Shown: positions 10,680 through 21,597, counted from the stretch's first letter. The stretch is 64,000 bases of DNA from Candidatus Marinacidobacterales bacterium (GCA_965237955.1 OZ250169.1:3040001-3104000), one strand, 5' to 3'. The notes: generated by a model from the sequence alone, not told the origin. Numbers and translations are program-made.

Positions 10680-11525
10680 CTACTTTTTCTTGCGCGTCCC
10701 GGCGCGAGCCGTCGGCTTCCTGAACGGGGTAGAACGCCTATCTGGTTTCCTTCCGGTCTGCCCAGCGCGACGACTCTTCTTGGCGACCGGCGCAAGATCG
10801 TCATCAGAGACCCCACCCATATCGATGTCGACGCCGAAGACCGATGACAGCCTGTCGGATTTGAGCACCCTGCCACTCCGGGACTTGTCTCCAGTCGGTG
10901 GCTGGTCGACGGCGGCCTCCACCATCTCGGCTGGGTCGACACCTCGCAAGGTGAACAGCAGCTCCGGCTCGTGGTCGAGGCGTGCGCCTACGCCGTAGAG
11001 CGTCGCCGCCACGTGCTTGCACATGGTCGCCCAGTCGGGGCACGAGCAACTCAGCGAGATCTCCCGAGGGGCAGGAAACAATCCCTCTCCCTTGCAGGTC
11101 ACGATCTCCATCACGCCCTTGGAGATGGAGCCCTGCAGCAGCTCGACCAGCGAGTCGATTTTGCCTGCACATTGGCCCTTGATGTTGGTCCAGCGCTTCT
11201 TCGCCAGGCTTTTGATCTGGGTGTCCACCTCATAGATGTCGGAGCCGCTGACGAGAGATCGCACACGCCCCGCCTCGATCTGAAGATCGATCACCGAACC
11301 GTTGTGCACGTAGGTTCGGCCGCGAGGCAGGCGGTTCGAGTAGTCGCTGTACGACTCGAGGTTCTTGCACCAAGCATCACCCCAGAAGGTGGTTGCGATC
11401 TTGCGGCCCACGATCTCGATCGGTGAGATCTCGCGTCCGGCTTTTTTCATCTTAGCGACCCTCTTCGCGGCATGACGGCGGCGCGCTGCCACGGAGACGT
11501 AAGGGCGCCACGAGTACCAGCCCAT
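10680..11525 (-). CDS. SWIM zinc-finger protein (SNF2-associated)
   Basis: NRLPRGRTY, CSCPDWATMCKH SWIM motif, LD.EP.LLF.LRG. Confidence 0.85.
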   Translation of the reverse strand: MGWYSWRPYVSVAARRRHAAKRVAKMKKAGREISPIEIVGRKIATTFWGDAWCKNLESYSDYSNRLPRGRTYVHNGSVIDLQIEAGRVRSLVSGSDIYEVDTQIKSLAKKRWTNIKGQCAGKIDSLVELLQGSISKGVMEIVTCKGEGLFPAPREISLSCSCPDWATMCKHVAATLYGVGARLDHEPELLFTLRGVDPAEMVEAAVDQPPTGDKSRSGRVLKSDRLSSVFGVDIDMGGVSDDDLAPVAKKSRRAGQTGRKPDRRSTPFRKPTARAGTRKKK

Positions 11526-11570
11526 GAGCTCACCTCACGCTTTCTTGTGACGAGCGCGTTCGTGCATCTT

Positions 11571-11672
11571 CTATTCCTCCAAGGCGCTGCTCAAGTCGAG
11601 GGACACCATAGAGATCAAATCCTCGTTGCTCATCTCCGTCAAGGCCGACTCCGCACCACCTGAAAGGAGCTT
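11571..11672 (-). pseudogene. C-terminal stub of SNF2-family helicase
   Basis: Translates KLLSGGAESALTEMSNEDLISMVSLDLSSALEE*, upstream of the SWIM gene; cut at an rve-1 end stub. Confidence 0.6.
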
Positions 11673-11909
11673 GCCCGTCCTGTGCGGTGCTTCCGCAATC
11701 AAGTGTTGGTGGCTGCCGCGTAACCCGCTCGCGTGCTAGAGTTTGAGCCTGATTTCCAGAGACGCAGTTCTTTCGGCGATGCCGACTGAGCTTACCACGC
11801 GGTGATTGACGTTCAGAGACATCTTCGTATGCGCGCCGACATCCTTATTTATGGCGTTCGCCGACACAGGCAGGCCAACTGACACTAGCATTCAAACGCG
11901 GCGTAGCAA

Positions 11910-12993
11910 CATATCTGGACTCCTCTAGTCAAGCCCCTTTCTTAATAAATCTTCCATCGAAGCTGCGCATCCATCGCGTCGTGACGAGTGGGTCAGACTG
12001 CAAACGTATCTTCGGCCTCAGTGAGGAGCGTCTTGGGTGCTCCGGGCCATGATGGAAAATCCGCGCGCGAGGAGCCAATCACTTTGAACGACCTCTTAGG
12101 GCCAGTGTTGCTATCGGCTTGACCCCGCGCCGGTCCGACCGGTACGCCATCAGTTGGATGGGTATCGTCGCAGCCTCTTTTGGAAGGGAAAAAGGAAAAC
12201 ACGAAAGTGGAGCCTCTAAGTCTAAGCGGCCATCGGCGACTGGAATTCACTCTCGCGGGTGGAGACGGCCCAGACGATCCGGGCGAGTTTGTTGGCGACA
12301 GCAATCATATCTGGACTCCTCTAGTCAAGCCCCTTTCTTAATAAATCTTCCATCGAAGCTGCGCATCCATCGCGTCGTGACGAGTGGGTCAGACTGCAAA
12401 CGTATCTTCGGCCTCAGTGAGGAGCGTCTTGGGTGCTCCGGGCCATGATGGAAAATCCGCGCGCGAGGAGCCAATCACTTTGAACGACCTCTTAGGGCCA
12501 GTGTTGCTATCGGCTTGACCCCGCGCCGGTCCGACCGGTACGCCATCAGTTGGATGGGTATCGTCGCAGCCTCTTTTGGAAGGGAAAAAGGAAAACACGT
12601 ATCTGGACTCCTCTAGTCAAGCCCCTTTCTTAATAAATCTTCCATCGAAGCTGCGCATCCATCGCGTCGTGACGAGTGGGTCAGACTGCAAACGTATCTT
12701 CGGCCTCAGTGAGGAGCGTCTTGGGTGCTCCGGGCCATGATGGAAAATCCGCGCGCGAGGAGCCAATCACTTTGAACGACCTCTTAGGGCCAGTGTTGCT
12801 ATCGGCTTGACCCCGCGCCGGTCCGACCGGTACGCCATCAGTTGGATGGGTATCGTCGCAGCCTCTTTTGGAAGGGAAAAAGGAAAACACGAAAGTGGAG
12901 CCTCTAAGTCTAAGCGGCCATCGGCGACTGGAATTCACTCTCGCGGGTGGAGACGGCCCAGACGATCCGGGCGAGTTTGTTGGCGACAGCAAT
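11910..12993 (-). repeat. Head-to-tail array of three IS1111 right-end/bridge-RNA modules (396, 292, 396 bp)
   Basis: TATCTGGACTCCTCTAG restarts at 11912, 12308, 12600 and 12996. Confidence 0.92.
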
Positions 12994-14422
12994 CATATCT
13001 GGACTCCTCTAGTCAAGCCCCTTTCTTAATAAATCTTCCATCGAAGCTGCGCATCCATCGCGTCGTGACGAGTGGGTCAGACTGCAAACGTATCTTCGGC
13101 CTCAGTGAGGAGCGTCTTGGGTGCTCCGGGCCATGATGGAAAATCCGCGCGCGAGGAGCCAATCACTTTGAACGACCTCTTAGGGCCAGTGTTGCTATCG
13201 GCTTGACCCCGCGCCGGTCCGACCGGTACGCCATCAGTTGGATGGGTATCGTCGCAGCCTCTCTTTTGGAAGGGAAAAAGGAAAACACGAAAGTGGAGCC
13301 TCTAAGTCTAAGCGGCCATCGGCGACTGGAATTCACTCTCGCGGGTGGAGACGGCCCAGACGATCCGGGCGAGTTTGTTGGCGACAGCAATCACGGCCTT
13401 GTTGTGTCCCCGCGAGCGGTGGACCTTCCGAGCCCAGGCGCGGAGCTTGTCGGGCGGGCTCTTACTGACGTTCGCCGCGCGGAGCACGGCGCGCCCGCCC
13501 TGGGTGAGGAGCATACGGAGGTAGGAGTCGCCACGCTTGGTGATGCGTCCGAGGCGGCGAATGTCGCCACTGGAGTTTTCCTTGGGAACTAGGCCGAGGT
13601 AGCTCGAGAAGCGGCGCCCCGATGGGAAGCGGCGAAGATCGCCGACGAAGCCCACGATGGCGGTCGCGGTCAGAAGTCCGATGCCGGGAATGGCGAGAAG
13701 TCGTTGGACTTCAGGAAGCTGCTTGGTGAGCGCCTTGAGCTCGTGCTCGATGCCAGCGCACTTGTCCTTGAGTTCTCGAATCTCGGAGCAGGCATCACGG
13801 AGATGCGAACGGAGCACGTCGGGCAAATCAGAATCAGCGTCTTCGACGAGTTCGAAGAGGGCGGGCACGACGAAGTGAGCGCCCTTTGGGATGATGAATC
13901 CGAGTTCGCGCAGGATCCCGCGTACGGCATTGATGCGTGCGGTCCGTGTGGAGAGCCATCCTGAGCGCAGGCGATGGAGCGCGGCGAGGCTGTGCTGGTG
14001 CACGGACTTAATGGGCACGGGAAGAATCTCCTCGTTCCTGTAGGCCTCGAGCAACGCTTTGGCGTCGGCGCGGTCGTTCTTGCTCCCGCGTCGATAGGGC
14101 CTCACGAGGTGAGGTGGGAGCAGGACGACGTCGTGTCCCAACCTTCGGAACGTCCTTGCCCAGAAGTGAGCAGAGCCGCAGGCTTCGAGAAGCACGGTGG
14201 CAGCGCTCTGTTTGGCAAAAAACGACACCAACTTGGGTCGACTCACACGGAGTTGCTTGGACACCTTCCCCGCTTCTCCCGAGATGGCAATCTCGAAGAC
14301 GTTCTTTGCAAGATCCACAGCGATCGTCGTATCTTTCATTCGGACTCCTCCTTTTCGATGCGTATTCGACTGACTTTGGCACATCGATGCCGTCTATGTC
14401 AGCGGAGGAGTCCATTCCATCA
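12994..14422 (-). mobile_element. IS110-family (IS1111 group) element, copy 3
   Basis: As copy 1 plus a 2-bp CT insertion near 13260. Confidence 0.92.
13308..14339 (-). CDS. IS110/IS1111 DEDD recombinase
   Basis: Protein identical to copies 1 and 2. Confidence 0.95.
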   Translation of the reverse strand: MKDTTIAVDLAKNVFEIAISGEAGKVSKQLRVSRPKLVSFFAKQSAATVLLEACGSAHFWARTFRRLGHDVVLLPPHLVRPYRRGSKNDRADAKALLEAYRNEEILPVPIKSVHQHSLAALHRLRSGWLSTRTARINAVRGILRELGFIIPKGAHFVVPALFELVEDADSDLPDVLRSHLRDACSEIRELKDKCAGIEHELKALTKQLPEVQRLLAIPGIGLLTATAIVGFVGDLRRFPSGRRFSSYLGLVPKENSSGDIRRLGRITKRGDSYLRMLLTQGGRAVLRAANVSKSPPDKLRAWARKVHRSRGHNKAVIAVANKLARIVWAVSTRESEFQSPMAA

Positions 14423-14486
14423 CTTGATGGCGGAAGCACCGCACAGGACGGGGTCAAGAGCCGTGCTTCGGCTACCCACCCAACTT

Positions 14487-15968
14487 CTACCGGTCGGCAA
14501 GGGGTTCCGACAGCAACCGCCGCGCCGCTGCCAGGAGTCGATCCTTCCAGGCAACGCGTTCCCGCCAGTGGTCGGGGATGGCGTTCAGGCCGTAGAGGGC
14601 GCCGGCGAGCTGCCCCGTCACTGCTGCTACCGTATCGGCGTCGTCGGCCAGGTTGGCCGCGAGCAGCACCGCGCTGCGGAAGTCTCCGGTGCGGGCGACT
14701 GACCAGATGGCGGCTTCGAGCGTGTGAACGACGTACCCGCTGGAGCGGATCGTATCCCGTGTCCGTCCTCGCCAGCTACCGGCTATGACCTGAGTGATTG
14801 CCGCCGCTCCCGTGAACCGTCTCGGAGCCAGAACGTCCGAGAACGGTGACCCGCCAATGGCGTCTGCCAGGAGTGCGCCGAACGCCCGGCAGGCGTCCAC
14901 TGCTTCCTCGGCTCCGTGGGTCGTCCGGGACTGGTCGGCGGCTGTTGCGAGCAGGCGCGGCCGGTCGTGCCTGAACCGGAGCGCAACGGGGGCGAGCCGC
15001 ATCAGCGAGCCGTTGCCTGCGCTCAAGGGATCGGTCGAACCCGCGACCGGGTCACCCGTCCGTAGGTACCGGGTGAGCGCTTGGCAGGTCGTGTTTCCGA
15101 TGTCGAAGCAGTCTCCGCTCCACGAGTAGTCTCCGTCTCGCCACCACTTCACGAAACGGTCCATCAGGTCCCGGCAGTCGAGCGTCTTGGATTCCGCCAG
15201 GCTGTCGGCAAGGGCCAGCGCCATGGCCGTGTCGTCGGTCCAGGCACCGGCCGGCAGATCGAAGGGGCCGCCACCGACCATGTCTTCTAGACGCGGCTGC
15301 GTATCGCGAGAGCAGAATTCGAGCGTCGTGCCGACCGCGTCGCCCACCGCCAGACCGAGGAAGGCCCCGAGCGCCCGGTCGTGGATGTCGTCCGCGGTCC
15401 GGGATGGAACCGATGGTGCTCGTGCCGAACACTGCCTCACGTGGGCCAGCTGGGAGTCGTTCTCGATGGTCCCTTCGTGGGCGTCGCGCACGCGGCGGAT
15501 CGCATCGTCCGGTTGCACGCCCAACTCCACCAGCAGGCGGGCTGTGATGGTCCCGGCACGTCCCAGACCACCCCGGCAGTGGAGCAGCACGTCGAAGCCG
15601 AGCCGCAGCCGGTTCCTGATGGACTCGCCGGTGGCCTTCCAGGCGTGCTCGAAGTCCTGTTCCGGCGCCTCTCCGTCGGGAATCTGGGCATGCCACCACT
15701 CCATGTGCCGGTCTCGAACCGCCCTCGGGAGATCGTGCACCTTCAGACAGGCGAGCTCTTCGTGGGTGATCAGGCTGACCACCGCAGTCGCTCCCCAGTG
15801 CTGAATCGCGTCGAGGTCGGTGTCGAGATCCCGCTTCCAGGGCCCGGATATTGCGTAGCGATCGATCCTACCGGGGCACTGCGAGAAGCCGATTCGGCCC
15901 CGGCCGTCGCCCAGGGTCATCGCCGTGATGCGGAGTGGGTGGCTCTCGCTGGTTCTTGCCGTCGGCAT
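14487..15968 (-). CDS. Protein-tyrosine/dual-specificity phosphatase fused to ADP-ribosylglycohydrolase (DraG/ARH)
   Basis: HCRGGLGR P-loop; GLAVGDAVG, WTDDTAMA, GNGSLMR, DADT ARH motifs. Confidence 0.88.
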   Translation of the reverse strand: MPTARTSESHPLRITAMTLGDGRGRIGFSQCPGRIDRYAISGPWKRDLDTDLDAIQHWGATAVVSLITHEELACLKVHDLPRAVRDRHMEWWHAQIPDGEAPEQDFEHAWKATGESIRNRLRLGFDVLLHCRGGLGRAGTITARLLVELGVQPDDAIRRVRDAHEGTIENDSQLAHVRQCSARAPSVPSRTADDIHDRALGAFLGLAVGDAVGTTLEFCSRDTQPRLEDMVGGGPFDLPAGAWTDDTAMALALADSLAESKTLDCRDLMDRFVKWWRDGDYSWSGDCFDIGNTTCQALTRYLRTGDPVAGSTDPLSAGNGSLMRLAPVALRFRHDRPRLLATAADQSRTTHGAEEAVDACRAFGALLADAIGGSPFSDVLAPRRFTGAAAITQVIAGSWRGRTRDTIRSSGYVVHTLEAAIWSVARTGDFRSAVLLAANLADDADTVAAVTGQLAGALYGLNAIPDHWRERVAWKDRLLAAARRLLSEPLADR

Positions 15969-15990
15969 GGACTCTATTCTCTAACGGGGC

Positions 15991-16084
15991 TGTGCTCCGC
16001 AAAAAAGAAGATTGGCCAGAAGCAGCCAAACATAGTAGGTCTAGAACGTGCAATCAACGCCGGATCGATTTATTGCGGAGCACA
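15991..16084. mobile_element. 94-bp MITE-C
   Basis: TGTGCTCCGCAA...TTGCGGAGCACA; homologues at 49972-50065 and 62657-62750. Confidence 0.75.
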
Positions 16085-16109
16085 GGGCAACAGTAAACGA
16101 AGCAAGCAG

Positions 16110-16410
16110 CCGCGGATGAATAAATAGAAGGCACAGGCGATTGATCAGCGCGAGCGCAGCGTAAAGTCTTAGCGTCATCTCACCAACACTTAATGGCGGA
16201 AGCACCCGCAACGAGAGCCGCGGCCGTTTCACCGAACGGCGGAGCACGGCGAGCTGCTGCCGAAGAGCGACATTCTCGAGAGCCAGCTCGTGGCGAGCCT
16301 TGAAGGCAGAGACGAGAGCGCGAACAAACGACGAAATCATGCCGGCATGGTGCCGGCAGACCGGAGACTAATCAAGTTCGGTGCGCGCGGATGAATAAAT
16401 AGAAGGCACA
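16110..16410 (-). mobile_element. Mosaic of rve family 3 ends/5' fragment and a MITE-B end
   Basis: MISSFVRALVSAFKARHELALENVALRQQL; CCAACACTTAATGGCGGAAGCACC. Confidence 0.7.
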
Positions 16411-16703
16411 ACTATCGCGGCTCCGATCTGAACGTTTTCGTCTCGGCGCTGAAGGACAAGTCAAACATTGAGGTTTGCGTTCGCGAGTGGTACGGGGGCT
16501 CCTCGAACTAACACCCATTGGCGATCGTCGAGAACCCTGTAGCGAAACTTACCAACGCCACACCTCACCGATGTTCTCGATCCGGGCCAGTCCGTCGCTT
16601 GATCTGATAGCATGATAAGGAAGTGGAGGAGCGCCGTTCTTTTTCCACGAACCTCGGTACACATCCGGGGATGGGGATTATTTAGACTGTCAGAGGGAAC
16701 GAC

Positions 16704-18345
16704 ATGGCTACACACTCTGAGTATTTGGCAGGCCTGACATTAGAGGACCGCACTGCGCTTGAAGGTCGCCTGCTCGAACGGCAGTCCGGAAAATGCTTCA
16801 TTTGTGACGACACCATCGATCCCGTACTCCACCAGGATCAGCTCGACGTTGACCATACCGTCCCGCTGGCCGAGCAAGGCGCAGACGACGAGCACAACTT
16901 CGCTCTGACTCATGCGAGCTGCAATCGGAGCAAGGGCGCGTCCGACCTGCGAGTGGCACGCCGCATGGCGGAATTCGAGAAGCTCCAGCAGCAAGCCCTT
17001 GAGCGTGGCGAACGCGGAGCGAACCTGGGACACGTGCTTGCCAAGCATGGCGGGGCCAAGGCTGCCATTCGACTCCGGAATTCGGGTGGCAGGATCGAGT
17101 TCACTCTGTCGGCCGCCGGTGACGAAACGATTCAGAGTGTTCCCCTGTATCAAGATCCCATGAGCGGCATGATGTACTTCTTTAGCGTGTTTCCGCTGGA
17201 GTACATCCACCACGACGACTGTATCAACCCGCGTTCCATTGGGAGAAGCATACGCCCGCTGATCGAGGAGTTCTTGCGGAAGCGACCCCAACTGCACGTT
17301 GGCCTGGCGTGGTGGGCACCGGAAGAAGACGGCACAGGAAAGATCAAGATGTTTGACGGACAGCACAAAGCGGCGGCCCAGATTCTCATTGGCAGCCGAG
17401 AGCTTCCGGTGCGCGTATTCGTCAAGCCAGATCTTAACGTTCTGGTCCAGGCAAACACCAACGCCGCTGATAAGCCAAGGCAGGTCGCGTTCGACACGGC
17501 GGTTCTGCGGCACCTCGGCAGCACCCTGTACGCCGAACGAGTCAAGCGGTACCGGGAGTTAAAAGGACTCATAGATGACGATGATTCCTTCAGCGAAAAG
17601 GACCTCGTAGCGTTTTTCCACGGCGAGCGCAGAGAGGTACAGAAATACATCGTCGACTGGGTGCGGGACTCGGTGAACTACCACCGGGACAATCGCCTCA
17701 AGGAGTATGTGGAATGGGCCGGCAAGAAGGGAGATAGGTCGCTCGCTTACGCGACCCTGGAACGAACATTCTTCGCGGAATTTCTTTGCAAGTACGCCCT
17801 CGACACGCCGATCGGACTCGGCATGGACCGTGGAGACAATCCGCGAATGATCGAGCGAGACCAGCTGGTCCGGCTGATGAGTCTGTACGCCGACATCTTC
17901 TTCGTGGGTCAGTGGGATCCGGACCTGGGCGGACGACGTCTGGAAGGGCCGCCTCCAGAAAGGGGAAGTCATCGCCGAGGGACACCTTCGGGCGTGGCGC
18001 GTTACGCGCGAGGAGATTCTGGCTATGATCATGCAGCACGTCCGGCTTGCGATCGAGAACTACTTCGCCTGGCAAGGCAAACTAATCGAAAAGGACCGGT
18101 TGATGCAGTACCGGCTTCCAGAAGACGTCTGGGCGCGGGTCGAGACATTTCTCCGCCGTCTGTCAGGTCTGCCGGCGTGGATCGACAAGAACCTCAGCAA
18201 CACGGTCTTCGGTGCTAAGCAGAATCGAGATTTCTGGGCGGAGGTCTTCAAAACAGGAAGAAGCACGACCGGTGTTCAGGTTTTCACAGGGCCCATTAAC
18301 GTCATCGACATGATGCAAGAATCAGGCTCAGGGCGGACACGATGA
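16704..18345 (+). pseudogene. HNH endonuclease plus DGQHR/ParB-like domain protein, single frameshift near 17947
   Basis: CFIC..DVDH..NFALTH.SCN; MFDGQHK; removing one G from GAAGGGCC joins the 16704 and 18025 ORFs (LEGRLQKGEVIAEGHLRAWR). Confidence 0.7.
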
Positions 18346-18878
18346 AGATCCCCGGCAAAGCAAACGTCAACAAATCGCTAGTGGACCTCAGGAAGAGTCT
18401 CAAGGAGTGTCTGGCCCAGGTCAATCAGGAGGCAGGGATGTTGCTCTCCAAGGGCAGCTATGCGCGCGCCGAATCGCTAGTCAAAGTCGCGAAGTCCGTC
18501 GACACTTTCCGCGTCGACGTTGAGAGCCTCCACACACGGTGGAAGGAGATCAAAGGCGGACCTCAAGGTACCGCCAAGACGCCACAAACTCCGCTCTGGG
18601 AGTACTACCAGCCAATCCTTCAGGCCCTTATAGATCTCGACGGTGCTGCCAAGTCCGCTGAGATTGAGCCAGCAGTCGGACTCCTGCTGAAGGGTCGTCT
18701 TGTTGAAGGCGATCTGAGCATCATGGCCAATGGGAGCGCGCGCTGGCAGGCCATGATTCGCAGAGCCAGAAAACACATGGTGAAGGAAGGCCTTCTCGAC
18801 AGCGATACGGGGATGGACTGGAAGATCACGCAACAGGGACGCAAGGCGGCCGCAGCCAGGAAGAACGCAAAGGGTTGA
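18342..18878 (+). CDS. Mrr N-terminal-like winged-helix protein
   Basis: YYQPILQALIDLDG..D....NG..RW...IRRAR..MVKEGLL....W.IT..G; ATGA overlap with the upstream gene. Confidence 0.75.
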   Translation: MKIPGKANVNKSLVDLRKSLKECLAQVNQEAGMLLSKGSYARAESLVKVAKSVDTFRVDVESLHTRWKEIKGGPQGTAKTPQTPLWEYYQPILQALIDLDGAAKSAEIEPAVGLLLKGRLVEGDLSIMANGSARWQAMIRRARKHMVKEGLLDSDTGMDWKITQQGRKAAAARKNAKG

Positions 18879-19063
18879 GGCCATTCCCTACGAACGTTTG
18901 AGCGGTCCTCTCTGAAGACTGTATGGCTGAGGCTTCGGCATTGACGCGGCCGGATGGGCGACACTTGGCATCGGGCTCTAACGGTACCTGTGGCGCGCGG
19001 TGTTTGAGGCCGGCGACGTCATGCGACCTCTTGCCCGGGCAACCTGTGAGTATCGGATAGACA

Positions 19064-20497
19064 ATGGCCAACCCATTCTTCGATCACCCCATCCTGAATT
19101 CGCCCTATGAGTGCCCACAGCGGCACTGGGAGTTGGACTTCGAGGGGCAGCCGACGCATCAGGTCTTGGACCGCCGTCGGCGCGCCGAGTTCATCACGCC
19201 GATTCCAAAGCCGAAGAAGCGGAAAGACCGGCAGCAGGCCGAGATAGTCTTCGACGAGGGGAAAGGCCTCTCCACCAAGGAACAGCAATACGATCCGACC
19301 TCCATCATCAATGAAGTGCGTCAAAACGTGGATGTGTGGCGGGACTTGCCTAACCCCAACCAGTGGCAGGTCAGCCCGGAAACCGCGCGCCTGCTCCAGC
19401 ACTGGCGGCGCCACCCGTTCGGCAGCATCCGCCCGTTCTTTTGTCAGGTGGAAGCCGTCGAAACTGCGATCTGGCTGACCGAGGTCGCGCCACAATCCAA
19501 GGGCGGTAAACGGTTGCTCAACCACTTGGCCAGAGCCAACAAGGACGCCAATCCCGAACTGATGCGCCTCGCGCTGAAGCTGGCCACCGGGGCCGGTAAG
19601 ACAACTGTCATGGCCATGCTGATCGCGTGGCAGACCATCAATGCGGTGCGCCGCCCCGGCAGCAAGTCCTTCACCCGAGGCTTCCTGGTCGTCGCACCAG
19701 GTCTGACCATCAAGGATCGGCTCCGCGTCCTCCAGCCGAACGACCCGGACAGTTACTACGCCAGCCGAGAGCTCGTGCCGCACGACCTGCTCGATGACGT
19801 GAACCGTGCCAAGATCGTTATCACCAATTACCACGCCTTCAAGTTACGCGAGCGCATCGAGCTGTCTGCCGGCGGACGCGCGTTGCTCAGGGGCCGCACC
19901 GGCGACGAGCTGAACACCACTGAAACCGAAGGGCAGATGCTCCAGCGTGCCATGCCTGACCTGATGGGCATCAAGAACATCCTGGTGCTCAACGACGAGG
20001 CGCACCATTGCTACCGCGAGAAGCCACCGGAGCCGGACGATGCGCATCTGAAGGGCGACGACAGAAAGGAGGCCGAAAAGAACAACGAAGCGGCCCGCCT
20101 CTGGATCTCCGGTCTCGAAGCTGTGAATCGTAAGCTCGGCCTCTCCCGTGTGATCGACCTGTCCGCCACGCCATTCTTCCTGAGCGGGTCCGGCTATGCC
20201 GAGGGCACGCTCTTCCCATGGACGATGAGCGACTTCTCGCTGATGGACGCCATTGAGTGCGGCATCGTGAAACTGCCACGCGTCCCGGTCGCGGAAAACA
20301 TTCCCGGCGACGAAATGCCCGTCTATCGCGACCTTTGGAAGAACATCCGCAATAAGATGCCTAAGAAGGGGCGCAGCCAGGGCGGAGAGCTTGATCCGCT
20401 CAAACTGCCCACTCGACTGCAAACCGCTCTTGCGGCGCTCTACGGGCACTACGAGAAGACCTTCACGCTGTGGGAGGCAGGGGGCATTCGTGTGCCA
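19064..20497 (+). pseudogene. Type III restriction Res-like SF2 helicase, 3'-truncated
   Basis: PILNSPY, FFCQ.EA.ET, ATGAGKT, NDEAHH, DLSATP; interrupted by rve-1 end at 20498. Confidence 0.8.
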
Positions 20498-21597
20498 CCC
20501 CGTCCTGTGCCAAAACTCGGCCCTTTTGAAATAGCCTATAAATCAACAGCTTAGAGTCTGTGTTTTGCGACCGGGTTAAGGGCCGTGGGCTTCACAATCG
20601 TCTGGCCCGAGGGTGTTATCTTTGGAGCCATCATGACGTACCACGTGCAATTCTTACTGCTCGTTCTGGCGGGCTGGGTCAACCGCCAGCAGCAGGATGT
20701 GATTGATTAGCTGCGAGAGGAGAACCGTGTGCTCCGAGCCGGGCTTCGGGGTTGCGCCAGAGTTTCACTTCAACCACCACCAGATGCCCCTCTGGCGTGA
20801 TGAACAGGTTGTCCACCGACCCAACGTGGAGCGGAAGTTCCATACAGACGGGCACGAGAGGGCCGATACCCGGCTCGATCTGGTCCATGGGCAGACACGT
20901 CGGATGCTGGTGGATGAGTTCTTGCAACCAGCGCTCGTCCAAGTTGGAGGCTTGGTGCAGGCGCGTGGATTCGCCTTCCGACACCAGAATTGGCGTTCCG
21001 CTCGCGGTAGTCAATTCGTGCTCCAGGGTTGATCTCGCCGGTCGGGTCGGCCTCGGCCGACGTCGGCAGGTTCTTGAGTGCGCCTCGCAGGCGCGTATAT
21101 CCCCACGTCGGGTTCTCCCGCGCCACGCGCACAATGAGACTCACGGATGTCCTTCGCCGTCGGAGGTCGGCCTGGACTCCGGTTCTTGCTGCCATCGTAC
21201 TTGGCTGCGATGAGGCAGCGGTACCAGCGCAGAAGCGTAGCGGGTGTGGCAACGGACGCAATCTGGGCCAGCGCCTCGCGGCCCAAAGCCTGGGCCTTGA
21301 CCGCGAGCCTGCGCCGCTCGTCGTCCGAGAGCCTGAGACGCTTGCCCCGAAGCCCGGCTCGGAGCACACGGTTCTCCTCTTGCAGGTAGTCGATCACATC
21401 CTGCTGCTGGCGGTTGACCCAGCCAGCTAGAACGAGCAGTAAGAATTGCACGTGGTACGTCATCATGGACCTGAAGATAACACCCTCGGGCCAGACGATT
21501 GTAAAGCCTACGGCCCTTGGCCCCGGCGCAAACACAGACACTAAGCTGCTGATTTATGGCCTATTTCAAAAGGGCCGAGTTTTGGCACAGGACGGGG
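20498..21597. mobile_element. Two inward-facing rve-1 left-end fragments enclosing a nuclease fragment
   Basis: CCCCGTCCTGTGCCAAAA at 20498 and its complement at 21580-21597; both carry [11 protein letters not shown] starts. Confidence 0.75.
20740..21040 (-). pseudogene. NucS-like PD-(D/E)XK endonuclease fragment
   Basis: E.WLQELI...P, G.VDNLF..PEG.LVVVEVKLWRNPEAR. Confidence 0.6.

Larger units (their letters stand above)
11686..14440 (+). mobile_element. IS1-derived MITE-A carrying IS1111-type copy 3 and its tandem right-end array
   Basis: Same TIRs as 8732-10400; diverged interior. Confidence 0.85.

Noticed and set aside
11910-12993. CRISPR-like array
   Set aside because: Units are 292-396 bp identical IS ends with no unique spacers, and no cas genes are present.
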